A DNA stretch of 64,000 nucleotides from a bacterium (GTDB lineage: Bacteria; Pseudomonadota; Alphaproteobacteria; Caulobacterales; Hyphomonadaceae), in contig WGML01000009.1 in NCBI GenBank assembly GCA_016125045.1, forward strand, positions 117,206-181,205, in the 5' to 3' direction. The position numbers and the translations under genes were made by a program. Under the pieces are notes generated by a model. That model did no database searches. It was not told the origin of the DNA and saw nothing but the letters and a program-made list of their open reading frames with translations. Shown in pieces: positions 46,849 through 56,572 of this stretch. The first letter of the stretch is position 1. Each line of letters begins with the position of its first letter.

Positions 46849-48981
46849 ATGTCGACACCGCGCGCCAGGTTCGCCGGCGGCTCTCTTGCTTTGGCGGCGG
46901 CGTCTTTCGCCGCGCTGACGGCGGTGTTTTCCCCATCTGCGGGCGCACAGACCCCGCCCGGATCGACGCCCGCGCCGGAACCCGGCGACACATCGCAAAA
47001 GTCCTTCACGTCGGGCTATTTCGTTCCCTTCAACCCGGTAACCGCCGAAGACATGGTCCGCCGCATTCCTGGCTTCACGCTCGATGACGGCGGCGATCGG
47101 CGAGGCTTCACCGGGGCCACGGGCAATGTCCTAATCGACGGTGAAGTGCCAAGCTCCAAGACGCGCGTGTCCGAACAGCTTGCTAGAATCTCCGCGCGGG
47201 ACGTGCTGCGAATTGATCTGTTCTCTGGAGCCTCACAGACCTCCGATCTCCGCGGACAATCGACGTTCGTCGACGTCCGGCTCCGCCCGCGCAGCGCCGG
47301 CGCCACGAACACGTTTGTCGCCCAGGCGAACCGGCTCGAACCCTCAGGAAGCATCAACCCGGTTCTGACCATCACCCGGGCGTTCAACCTCAGAGGCGCC
47401 GCAGTCAGCGGCACGCTTCAGGCGCAACCGAACCGGCGCGGACGCATCGAATTCGATCGCACCCTGCTCGACCCTTCGGGAAACGTGCTCGAACGCTCGG
47501 ACGAACACCTTCAAGGCACGTTTCGCGAGTATTCCGCATCCGGTCGCGTCACCTTTTCACCCGGCGCACGGGACGCCGTGAGCCTCAACGCAGAAGGGAG
47601 TTTCCGGCCGGTCGACGGACGCCACACCTTCTCCGAAACGCGGACCCCATCGGGCGATCTGCTTCGGGTCGAAGACAGTCTGGTGGAAGGGCTCGACCCA
47701 TGGTCGGTCGAGCTTGGTGGTGACTGGGAACACCGCTTCTCCTCCAGCAGTTCTGTGAAGCTCGTGGGCCTGATGAGCCGCGACGAAACAGCGTCATCGG
47801 AGCGCTACTCGGTGTTCCCCGCCTCGGGCGCAGCGCGTGACACGCTGATCGCCCGATCCGCAACGGCGGATGAGTATGTCGCGCGCGGTGTCTGGACCAT
47901 ACGCGCGACGCCAAGCGTCTCGATCGATGCGGGTGTCGAAGGCGCGCTCAACACACTCGACAACGCACTCGACATCAAGGTCGCAACCCTCGGACAGATC
48001 ATCGACCGAACGCCGCCGGTAGCGGACACTCGTGTCGAGGAAAAACGCGTCGAGACGTTCGTCACCACGGTCTGGTCGGCGTCGGAAAACCTTAGACTGG
48101 AAGCCGGGCTCAATCTTGAAACCTCGACCATTCGCCAGTCCGGCGACGCCTCCCAGGAACGAGACTTCTCCTACCTCAAGCCGAGCCTTAACGCGTCCTG
48201 GCGGACTGACAGTGGAACGCAATACCGCCTGAAGCTGGAGCGCGACATCGCCCAGCTCGACTTCTCCGAGTTTGCGAGCGCGGTCTCGCTCTTTGATGGA
48301 ACGGTCGATGTCGGGAACCCGGACCTGGAGCCGGAAAAGACCTGGCGGACCCAGCTAGAATGGGAGCGGCGGCTTGGACCCAAGGGCGCTCTGGTGCTCA
48401 CCCTGTTTCACGACGCTGTCGAGGACGTGCAGGACCAGATTCCGCTCTCGGGCCAACTGGAAGGCCCCGGAAACCTCGGCGATGGACGCCGCGCGGGGCT
48501 GCGGCTCGACGCGACGATCCCTGTTCCCTGGTTGGGCGGCGCGGCTTCCGAACTCAGGGTCAAGGCGCTGGTTCAGGACACGCGTGTCGATGACCCGACA
48601 AGCGGCGAGACGCGGCGCTTCGCGAACGAACCGGACTGGACCTATTCGATCGACTTCCGACGCCCTGCGCCATCCTGGAAGATGCTCTTCGGCGCCACCT
48701 TCGACCACAAGGACGAGGTGGATGTGTTCCGCTTGCGGGAGTTGCGAACCAACGGGTTCGAGACCGGCAAGCTCGATCTGTTTGCCGAGACAACGGCCGT
48801 CAACAGGCTGGTCATTCGCGTCACCCTCTCCAACGTGTTTCGTCCAACGGAGGTCCGCACACGCGAACTGTTTGCACCGAGCCGGGCGGACGCTGCGAAC
48901 CTGACCGGCGTCGAGCGTCGCCTCGCGACCGGCGGCTTCGGCACCCGGTCGATCGGCGTCCGGGTGTCCGGACGGTTCTGA
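46849..48981 (+). CDS. TonB-dependent receptor
   Basis: Signal peptide, plug (P.TA.DMV.RIPGF, NVLIDG), GNPDL.PE, C-terminal Phe. Confidence 0.9.
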   Translation: MSTPRARFAGGSLALAAASFAALTAVFSPSAGAQTPPGSTPAPEPGDTSQKSFTSGYFVPFNPVTAEDMVRRIPGFTLDDGGDRRGFTGATGNVLIDGEVPSSKTRVSEQLARISARDVLRIDLFSGASQTSDLRGQSTFVDVRLRPRSAGATNTFVAQANRLEPSGSINPVLTITRAFNLRGAAVSGTLQAQPNRRGRIEFDRTLLDPSGNVLERSDEHLQGTFREYSASGRVTFSPGARDAVSLNAEGSFRPVDGRHTFSETRTPSGDLLRVEDSLVEGLDPWSVELGGDWEHRFSSSSSVKLVGLMSRDETASSERYSVFPASGAARDTLIARSATADEYVARGVWTIRATPSVSIDAGVEGALNTLDNALDIKVATLGQIIDRTPPVADTRVEEKRVETFVTTVWSASENLRLEAGLNLETSTIRQSGDASQERDFSYLKPSLNASWRTDSGTQYRLKLERDIAQLDFSEFASAVSLFDGTVDVGNPDLEPEKTWRTQLEWERRLGPKGALVLTLFHDAVEDVQDQIPLSGQLEGPGNLGDGRRAGLRLDATIPVPWLGGAASELRVKALVQDTRVDDPTSGETRRFANEPDWTYSIDFRRPAPSWKMLFGATFDHKDEVDVFRLRELRTNGFETGKLDLFAETTAVNRLVIRVTLSNVFRPTEVRTRELFAPSRADAANLTGVERRLATGGFGTRSIGVRVSGRF

Positions 48982-49096
48982 TCGTCACGCGCCCGCATCC
49001 GGTCTGCGCGCTCGCGCCCGGTTGACGTCGCGCCAAAAGCGGCCTCTCGTTCAGGCAAGGGTGAATTGACGCTTCAAGACTTCCGGAGGTCCGACG

Positions 49097-50284
49097 ATGT
49101 CCGCGCTGGAAACATTCCGTACAGAAACACGCGCCTGGTTGGAGGCGAACAGTCCCGCTTCGATGCGCACGCCGATGGCCGAGGGCGACATCGTCTGGGG
49201 CGGTCGCAAGGCGAAATTCCCCAACGCGGACGCCAAACTCTGGCTCGAGCGGATGGCCGAGCGCGGCTGGACGGCCCCGACCTGGCCGCGAGACTACGGC
49301 GGCGGCGGTCTCACCCGCGAGGAAGCGCAAGTGCTGGAGCAGGAGCTGCGCCGCATCCACGCCCGTCCCGCTCTCTCCTCCTTCGGCGTGTGGATGCTGG
49401 GGCCGGTGCTTCTTGAGTACGCAAGCGAGGAGCAGAAGCGCGAACACCTGCCCAAAATCGTGCGCGGCGAAATCCGCTGGTGCCAGGGCTATTCCGAACC
49501 GGGCGCCGGATCGGACCTCGCCGGCCTCCAGACCAGGTGCGAAGACAAGGGTGATCACTATCTGATCAACGGTCAGAAGGTTTGGACGTCCTACGCCAAC
49601 CACGCCGACATGTGTTTCTGCCTGGTGCGGACCGACCCCACGAAGAAGCATGAGGGAATTTCCTTCATCCTCATCGACATGACGTGGCCGGGCGTCGACG
49701 CGCGGCCGATCCAGCTCATCTCCGGTTCGTCCCCGTTCTGCGAAACCTTCTTCACCGATGTGAAGGCGCCCAAAGCCAATCTCGTCGGTCGCGTCGGCGG
49801 CGGATGGGAGATCGCCAAACGGCTCCTCCAGTATGAGCGGATGAACATTTCCGCGTCGGGGTTCGGCGGCGGCGCCGGACCGCAACTGATCGACCTCGCC
49901 CAGCGCTATGTGGGCGTGAAGGACGGCCGGCTGGTGGACGCGGACCTGCGCGCGCGCATCGCCCGCCAGTCCATGTATGAACGCGCGTTCGGACTGACCG
50001 TGCGTCGCTCGACCGAGCAGGCGAAGGCCGGATCGGACGTCGGCCCGGCGACCTCGATCATCAAATACGCCGCCGCCAAGATGAACCAGAACCGCACCGA
50101 ATTGCAGGTCGAAGCGCTCGGCTATCAGGGCCTCGGTTGGGAGGGTGAGGGGTTCACGCCAGAGGAGACCCTCGCGACCCGCTCTTTCCTGCGCGCCAAG
50201 GGCAACTCGATCGAGGGCGGCACGTCAGAGGTCAATCTGAACGTGGTGGCGAAGCGGGTGCTCGGACTGCGGGACCACCAGTAG
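49097..50284 (+). CDS. Acyl-CoA dehydrogenase (catalytic subunit of a heteromeric pair)
   Basis: WCQGYSEPGAGSDLA, NGQKVWTS, LL.YER and SIEGGTSEV motifs. Confidence 0.95.
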   Translation: MSALETFRTETRAWLEANSPASMRTPMAEGDIVWGGRKAKFPNADAKLWLERMAERGWTAPTWPRDYGGGGLTREEAQVLEQELRRIHARPALSSFGVWMLGPVLLEYASEEQKREHLPKIVRGEIRWCQGYSEPGAGSDLAGLQTRCEDKGDHYLINGQKVWTSYANHADMCFCLVRTDPTKKHEGISFILIDMTWPGVDARPIQLISGSSPFCETFFTDVKAPKANLVGRVGGGWEIAKRLLQYERMNISASGFGGGAGPQLIDLAQRYVGVKDGRLVDADLRARIARQSMYERAFGLTVRRSTEQAKAGSDVGPATSIIKYAAAKMNQNRTELQVEALGYQGLGWEGEGFTPEETLATRSFLRAKGNSIEGGTSEVNLNVVAKRVLGLRDHQ

Positions 50285-50288
50285 CGAC

Positions 50289-50954
50289 ATGATCCGGGGC
50301 GGCTCTCGGAACGATGCGGCGCCCCTGTCCGGCGCGCGTTGTACAGCGGCTGCAGCGACGATCGCCGCGCTCCTTCTGGCGGCGTGCGAGCCCATTCCGC
50401 CGGATGCGGAGGTCGGCCCGTTCGCGCAGGCGTCGCCCGAAGATGGGTTCCGGTCGACATCTCATGCCTGCTCCGACCCCGTGACGGTCAAGATCGCCTT
50501 CAGCGCGCCCGATGCGTCCGATACGTTCAGGATCGAAGCGATCGGCGAGACTTGCGAGGAGTCGAGCCTCGTCGTGACCCTGCGGGCGGAAGGCGGCGGC
50601 CTGCTATGGACCCATGCGAGCCGCGCCCGAGACGCCGCTCCGCTCGAGACCGACGCCGCATCACGCCGTCCGTTCGACGACCGGATCGGGCAGATCATGG
50701 CGCTTTGGGCCGGCGAGGTGGAGGTCACGCCCAGCAGCGCCGCACCTGACTGGCCGGAGGGGGCCGCGCGGCCGTCGCGCACCGGCGGCCCATTCTACGA
50801 GACCGGCTTCCCCCGTGAGGACTATCTCAGACTGCGCGAGGACATCCGACCCATGCTCTGCCATGCGGTGACCGCCGCAGAGCGCGCATGCGTGCTCTAT
50901 ATCGATGACGGTTCGGGCGGTTTCGCGCTGGACTATTTCGCCGAAGTGTACTGA
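50289..50954 (+). CDS. Hypothetical lipoprotein
   Basis: Lipobox LAAC and paired Cys; starts 4 bp after the ACAD stop. Confidence 0.65.
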   Translation: MIRGGSRNDAAPLSGARCTAAAATIAALLLAACEPIPPDAEVGPFAQASPEDGFRSTSHACSDPVTVKIAFSAPDASDTFRIEAIGETCEESSLVVTLRAEGGGLLWTHASRARDAAPLETDAASRRPFDDRIGQIMALWAGEVEVTPSSAAPDWPEGAARPSRTGGPFYETGFPREDYLRLREDIRPMLCHAVTAAERACVLYIDDGSGGFALDYFAEVY

Positions 50955-50977
50955 CCGCGCCGGTCTCGCAGCGCCCC

Positions 50978-51679
50978 TTATCCGCGACCGGAAGATGCGC
51001 CGCCGTCCATTCCCGCCGCGAGCCTCGCCGCGGTGCGCGCCGTCGACCGGAACTGCCGGTTCACGAGCGCCGCAACGATCAGCGCGGTGGCCGCCGCAAA
51101 CGCCGCTGCACCGAGGAACCAGGCGAGCACCGCGATCGCCAGAAAGAATGCGCGCATGCCGGCGGTGAACTGTCCAGCCGCCGCGATGTTCATCTCCGCC
51201 GCATGCAGGGCGGCGTCCTCCGCCCCCGGCTCTCCCGCCTCGGGCGCGGCGGCCATCATCACCGCGCAGTAATTGAAGAGTCGGTAGGACCATCCGAACT
51301 TGAAGAAGGCGTAGGCATACAGCGCCATCACACCGGCCGTCTTCAGGTAGAACGCCCCGCGATCGATCCGGAAGTGCAGGGTCGAAGCCTCGAACGCCTG
51401 AATGATCGTGTCGGCGGCCGTGATCAGACCGAAGCCCGCCCCCACCGCGAGCAGCGCCGTCGACGCAAAGAACGACGTCGAGTTTTGCAGGCCGGAAATG
51501 ATGTTCGTGTCGACGATCCGCACGCTGCGCCGCGCCATCGCCCGCATCCATGCCCGGCGCTGCGACTCCATCGCCGCTGACAGGGTGTGTCGATGCAGCG
51601 GCGACCGGTCGATCACCCAGCCGAGGAGCCACCAGGCCGCCAGGAAGAACCCCAGCGCGGCGAAATCATACGACGTCAT
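50978..51679 (-). CDS. DUF599-family membrane protein
   Basis: R..WM..M..R..RI.D, FFAST, YAFFKFGWSYRLFNY and G.RAFF motifs. Confidence 0.85.
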   Translation of the reverse strand: MTSYDFAALGFFLAAWWLLGWVIDRSPLHRHTLSAAMESQRRAWMRAMARRSVRIVDTNIISGLQNSTSFFASTALLAVGAGFGLITAADTIIQAFEASTLHFRIDRGAFYLKTAGVMALYAYAFFKFGWSYRLFNYCAVMMAAAPEAGEPGAEDAALHAAEMNIAAAGQFTAGMRAFFLAIAVLAWFLGAAAFAAATALIVAALVNRQFRSTARTAARLAAGMDGGASSGRG

Positions 51680-51721
51680 CGCCCTCAGCCCCCGTCAGCG
51701 CACCGACGACACCCGTGCCTG

Positions 51722-52984
51722 TCAATCCTGGACGCGCGGCAGATAACGATCCCGCAGGCGGGTCTGGCGTGTGGTGAGCGAGGTCTCGACGCCCTCGACC
51801 AGCACCATTGTCGGCGCGCTCATGACCTCGAGCGGGTCGCCGTCCCAGATCACGACATCGCCAAGAAAACCGGGCTGCAATCGGCCGAGGTCGCGCCCCA
51901 CACCGAAGATCTCCGCCGGACCGCTCGTGATGGCGGCGAGCGCGGCGTCCCACGACAGACCGTTCGCCAACGCGTTGCCGGCGAGCTGGAGCGCCAGTCG
52001 CGCCTGTTGGGCGTCATCGGTTCCCGGAGCAGGAGCAATCGCGATGGTCACGCCCGCCGCCTGAAGCAGCGCGGCATTATCAAGGCGCGCCCCGACACGC
52101 TCCATCTGGTCGGGCAGATTGGCGAGCGGGTCGACGATCACCGGAATGCCTGCCGCCGCAAGCTCGGGCGCCGCACGCCAGGCTTCCGCCCCGCCATGGA
52201 TCGCGAACTTCAGTCGCGGATCGGCCCGTGCGACGCGCAGCAGCTCGCGGATGTCTGCGGCGCGGTCGATGTTGACGAGAAACATGCCCCGTCCTTCCGC
52301 GAACGGCTTCACGGCGGCGGCGTCAAGTTCGGAGAGAACCGTTCCGCCCTGCCCGGACCGGTAGCGCTGCGGATAGTCCCGCGCATCCTGCAAAGCCGCC
52401 TCGAAAGCCGGCCAGGAAGCCGCACGCGATCCGCCGGAACGCCTGGCCCCAGCCTCGCCAAGAGAGACCTTCATGAAGGATTTGCGCTGGAACACGCTGT
52501 CAGCGCGACCATCCAGCACGACGAGCGCGCCGGTTCCGCCGAACATGGTCGCGGTCGCGTTTGGGTCAAGGCCCGTGCGCGTGACGCCCTCGATGCGGGT
52601 TATCGCAACCGCCGTCGCCGCCGGGTCGAACGCCCGCGCGGCGTCCGCTGCCGCCGAGATGGGTCCCGAACCGATCGTCGCGTCGTTGGGCGCGCCCGAT
52701 CCCGAAATCTCGCTCATGCCGGTCTCGCTCAGGGCGGCGAAAATGCCGGGAGTGACCCACCGCCCGCCCGCGTCGATCACTTTGGCCTGCCGCGACGCCC
52801 GCACATCGGCCCCGACGGCGGCGATCCGCCCATCGACGATCAACACATCCCCGCCTTCGATGACGCCGGCGGACGAGTTGGTGACGACCTTGCCGTCCTT
52901 GATGAGGATCGTCTGCGACTGGGCAGCGGGAATGAGGGCGAGCGACGCCGCAAGCGCGGCGGCGATCATAAGCAAGCGGCGCAT
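51722..52984 (-). CDS. Amidohydrolase-family protein, secreted, lacking the HxH metal motif
   Basis: Signal peptide, IDA.GR.VTPG, then FAALSETG where HxH is expected; G.L.PG..GD.V.W.GDP. Confidence 0.85.
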   Translation of the reverse strand: MRRLLMIAAALAASLALIPAAQSQTILIKDGKVVTNSSAGVIEGGDVLIVDGRIAAVGADVRASRQAKVIDAGGRWVTPGIFAALSETGMSEISGSGAPNDATIGSGPISAAADAARAFDPAATAVAITRIEGVTRTGLDPNATATMFGGTGALVVLDGRADSVFQRKSFMKVSLGEAGARRSGGSRAASWPAFEAALQDARDYPQRYRSGQGGTVLSELDAAAVKPFAEGRGMFLVNIDRAADIRELLRVARADPRLKFAIHGGAEAWRAAPELAAAGIPVIVDPLANLPDQMERVGARLDNAALLQAAGVTIAIAPAPGTDDAQQARLALQLAGNALANGLSWDAALAAITSGPAEIFGVGRDLGRLQPGFLGDVVIWDGDPLEVMSAPTMVLVEGVETSLTTRQTRLRDRYLPRVQD

Positions 52985-54432
52985 CAGCGAGCCTCCTCGA
53001 CAACGGTCTGCCCGAGTTCGAAGTCCGACGGCGGGTCCCTGCGGACGCCTCGCTGATAGACCAGCGCGCCGTCCATGTAGACACGCTCCGCCACGGCGTA
53101 GACGCTGAACGGATCGGCTGACCAGACCACCACGTCGCCCGCCTTTCCGGCTCTCAGCGATCCTGTCGCATCCGCGACGCCGATCGCCCGCGCGGGGTTG
53201 ATCGCAAGCCATTTCCAGGCGTCCGCCCGGGATATCTCAAGCCCCGCCCGGCGACCGTCCGACAGCGCCTTGGCCGCCTCCTGATTGAGGCGCTGGATGC
53301 CGACCTCGCTGTCTGAATGGACAATGGCGCAGCCGCCGGCGGCATGGACGAAGGGAATGTTCTCGCGGATGCCGTCATAGGCCTCCAGCTTGAACCCCCA
53401 CCAGTCGGCCCAGAGCGCGCCGCAAACGTCCGCTTCCGCCAGCAGGTCGGCGATCTTGTAGGCCTCCACCGCGTGATGGAAGGCCGACACCTTGAAGTTG
53501 AATTCCTTGGCGATATCGAGCGCGGTCGCCATCTGGTCGGCCCGGTAGCAATGCCATTGGACCAGAATGTCGCCGTTCAGCACGCCGACGAGCGTCTCCA
53601 GTTCAAGGTCGCGTTCCGGAGGGGTCGGCGGATCATCGCCTGCCTTGAGCTTGGCGAGCTTGGCTTCGTACTCCGTCTGCTTGCGCCGATAGCCTTCGGC
53701 GCGGATCCAGTTCTGGCGCCAGCCGGCGACATTTCCCATGTCCGTGGCCGGCGAGGAGTTGCGGCCGCCATAAACCCGCGACGGGTTTTCTCCGCACGCC
53801 ATCTTGAGACTGTGCGGTGCGCCAGGAAACTTCATCTCCTGCATCGTTCGCGCCCCGAGCACGGGCCGAAGCGTCACCCCCCGTCCACCGAACAGGTTCG
53901 CTGAGCCGGGCAGCACGTGGAGCGTCGTCACCCCGCCTGCAACGGCGCGCAGAAAGCCCGGATCCTGCGGCCAGACCGAATGCTCGGCCCAGACCTCGGC
54001 CGTGTTCGGCTGCGTCCCCTCATTCCCATCCGAAGAAGCGGCGATCCCGGGCGAGGGATAGACACCAAGATGCGAGTGCGGGTCGATGATCCCCGGCGTC
54101 ACGAACTTGCCGATTGCATCGATGACATCCGCGCCCGCAGGCGATGCAATGCCCGTCCCCAACGAGGCGACCTTGCCGTCAATGATCAGCACGTCCGCGG
54201 AGGCGAACTCCCCGCCCTCGCCATCGATCACCGTGCCGCCCCGGATCAGCGTGACCCCGGACGGAGCGGGTTTGTAGGTCGAAGCGAAGGCTTCGGGCGG
54301 CGCCGCCGGCGCCTGCGGCGTGGCGGCGGCGGGAGGCGCGACGGCCCCATTTGTCGCCGCACCGGTGGATGCACATGCGGCGAGGCCGAGGCTGGCGACC
54401 AGCGCCGCCGCCAATCTTGCGTAATGACTCAC
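52984..54432 (-). CDS. Amidohydrolase-family lipoprotein
   Basis: Lipobox LAAC; TPG.IDPHSHLG, KMACGENP, HCY, HHA and HSD motifs. Confidence 0.92.
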   Translation of the reverse strand: MSHYARLAAALVASLGLAACASTGAATNGAVAPPAAATPQAPAAPPEAFASTYKPAPSGVTLIRGGTVIDGEGGEFASADVLIIDGKVASLGTGIASPAGADVIDAIGKFVTPGIIDPHSHLGVYPSPGIAASSDGNEGTQPNTAEVWAEHSVWPQDPGFLRAVAGGVTTLHVLPGSANLFGGRGVTLRPVLGARTMQEMKFPGAPHSLKMACGENPSRVYGGRNSSPATDMGNVAGWRQNWIRAEGYRRKQTEYEAKLAKLKAGDDPPTPPERDLELETLVGVLNGDILVQWHCYRADQMATALDIAKEFNFKVSAFHHAVEAYKIADLLAEADVCGALWADWWGFKLEAYDGIRENIPFVHAAGGCAIVHSDSEVGIQRLNQEAAKALSDGRRAGLEISRADAWKWLAINPARAIGVADATGSLRAGKAGDVVVWSADPFSVYAVAERVYMDGALVYQRGVRRDPPSDFELGQTVVEEAR

Positions 54433-54646
54433 GTTCAGGGCCCCTCTCTTTGTGTCGGGCGGTGCGCCGCCGTTTCCAGCGTCCCAATTGACGTTCAAGC
54501 ATTTCTCTTCGCAAAGGCAAGGCGTAACCTACCCAAACTCCCGTATGGATGCGCGATTCGGGGATCGGTGATCGTTTGTGGGCGCAATCGCCAGCCGCAG
54601 CCACCGCAAGCCGCCGCGCCGCCAGGCCCCAAGTTCAGGTGCACTC

Positions 54647-55255
54647 GTGAAACTCGAATTCTGGTTCGAATTCGCCTCCACCTACTCCTATCCGGCGGCG
54701 ATGCGCATCGACAAGGTCGCCGCGACGCAGGGCGTGGAGGTGGAGTGGCGACCCTTCCTGCTCGGACCGATCTTCAAGGCGCAGCAAGGCCTCGATGACA
54801 GTCCGTTCAACGCCGTGCCGGAGAAAGGCGCCTATATGTGGCGCGATCTCGAACGCATCTGCGAAGCGCGCGGACTGCCGTTCCAGCGACCCTCCCGCTT
54901 CCCGCGCAACGGACTGCCAGCGGCCCGCGCCACGCTTGCCCTGCCGAATGATCGACGACCCTCCTTCGTGAAAGCCGTGTTTCAGGCGAACTTCGTCCAC
55001 GACCGCGACATCGCCGACCCCGCCATCATTCACGCCGCCCTGCGCCGGGCGGGCGTGGAGCCGTTCGAGATCGAAGAGCGGATCGACGATTCCGATATCA
55101 AGGATCAGCTGCGCGCCGACACCGCGGCCGCCGCCGCGCGCGGGATATTCGGATCGCCAACCTTCTTCACCGAAGATGGAGAGATGTTCTGGGGCGACGA
55201 CCGTCTCGACCAGGCGATCGACTGGGCGGCCCATATCGCGGCGGTTCAGCACTGA
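54647..55255 (+). CDS. 2-hydroxychromene-2-carboxylate isomerase / GST-kappa (DsbA-like) family protein
   Basis: F.F.STYSY, WRPFLLG, GIFGSPTF and FWG.DRL motifs. Confidence 0.9.
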   Translation: MKLEFWFEFASTYSYPAAMRIDKVAATQGVEVEWRPFLLGPIFKAQQGLDDSPFNAVPEKGAYMWRDLERICEARGLPFQRPSRFPRNGLPAARATLALPNDRRPSFVKAVFQANFVHDRDIADPAIIHAALRRAGVEPFEIEERIDDSDIKDQLRADTAAAAARGIFGSPTFFTEDGEMFWGDDRLDQAIDWAAHIAAVQH

Positions 55256-55363
55256 CGCCTCCCAAACGCAGACTGGACGCGGTCCCCCATGGGCCGCTAG
55301 ACTCCTCTCGCCGTGACGCGCGGGATCGTCGCGGATGCGGTTCGCAGGGAAAGTACTAAGCGC

Positions 55364-56503
55364 ATGGGATTCGTCCTCACCGAAGAACAGCAGATGCTGC
55401 GCGATGCTGCGCTCGCCTACGCTTCCGAAAAACTCCCCGTCACCCAGCTGCGTCGGCTGCGCGACACATCTTCATCCACCGGATTCGACGCTGACGCCTG
55501 GCGCGAGATGGGCGAGATGGGCTGGGCCGGCGTGATCATTCCGGAAGCCCACGGTGGATCGGACCTTGGCTATGTCGGGCTCGGGCAGATTCTGGAGGCG
55601 CAGGGCCGCACGATCGCCGCGACGCCGCTCCTGCAAACCGCGCTCATCGGCGCCTACGCGCTCATCGCCGGCGGCTCGGACCAGCAGAAAAATGAACTTC
55701 TGCCGAAGATTGCGGCCGGGGCGCTTCGCACCGCGCTTGCCGTGGATGAAGGCCCCCGGCACGCTCCTGACACGATCTCGCTCGCCGCCCGAAAGACAGG
55801 CGCGAGCTGGGTGCTGAACGGAGACAAAAGATACGTCGTCGACGGTCCCGGCGCGGACCTGCTGATCGTCGCCGCGCGCACGGCCGGACAGGCGTCCGAC
55901 GCCGACGGCGTGACGCTGTTCTTGGTTCCGGCCAATGCGCCTGGCGTTCACCGCACGCCGCTGAAGACGCTTGACGCTCATGCGGCGGCGAACATTTCGT
56001 TCAAGGACGTGGCGGTCGACGCCGGCGCGGTTCTAGGTCCGGCGGGGGGCGGCGCATCCCTGCTGGAGGCGATCCTCGATCGCGCGCGCATCGGTCTGGC
56101 GGCGGAGATGCTGGGGGCTTCGGATGCAGCCTTCGAGATGACCGTCGACTACCTCAAGGTCCGCAAGCAGTTCGGCCAGCTGATCGGCTCCTTCCAGGCG
56201 CTGCAGCATCGCGCCGCGCTCATGTTCACGGAGATCGAACTCACCCGTTCGGCGGTCGCAGCCGCGCTCGACGCGCTCGACCGCAACGCCAACGACATCG
56301 CCGAACACGCCTCGCTCGCCAAAGCCCGCGCGGCGGAGACCCTGCATCTGGTGTCCAACGAGACCGTGCAGATGCATGGCGGGATCGGCATGACCGACGC
56401 CCATGATTCCGGCCTCTACATGAAACGCGCCCGTGTGCTCGAGGCGCTCTATGGCGGCGAAGGCTACCACCGCGACCGCTACGCTCTGCTGAACGGATTC
56501 TGA
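55364..56503 (+). CDS. Acyl-CoA dehydrogenase (partner subunit type)
   Basis: LTEEQ.ML, RKQFG..IGSFQALQH and QMHGGIG motifs; lacks the SEP..GSD motif. Confidence 0.93.
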   Translation: MGFVLTEEQQMLRDAALAYASEKLPVTQLRRLRDTSSSTGFDADAWREMGEMGWAGVIIPEAHGGSDLGYVGLGQILEAQGRTIAATPLLQTALIGAYALIAGGSDQQKNELLPKIAAGALRTALAVDEGPRHAPDTISLAARKTGASWVLNGDKRYVVDGPGADLLIVAARTAGQASDADGVTLFLVPANAPGVHRTPLKTLDAHAAANISFKDVAVDAGAVLGPAGGGASLLEAILDRARIGLAAEMLGASDAAFEMTVDYLKVRKQFGQLIGSFQALQHRAALMFTEIELTRSAVAAALDALDRNANDIAEHASLAKARAAETLHLVSNETVQMHGGIGMTDAHDSGLYMKRARVLEALYGGEGYHRDRYALLNGF

Positions 56504-56572
56504 GAGCGGACCGCACGTTCGACCAAGGCAACAAGGCCGGCGAACAGACCGGCTCATGGGGAGACTTCAATC

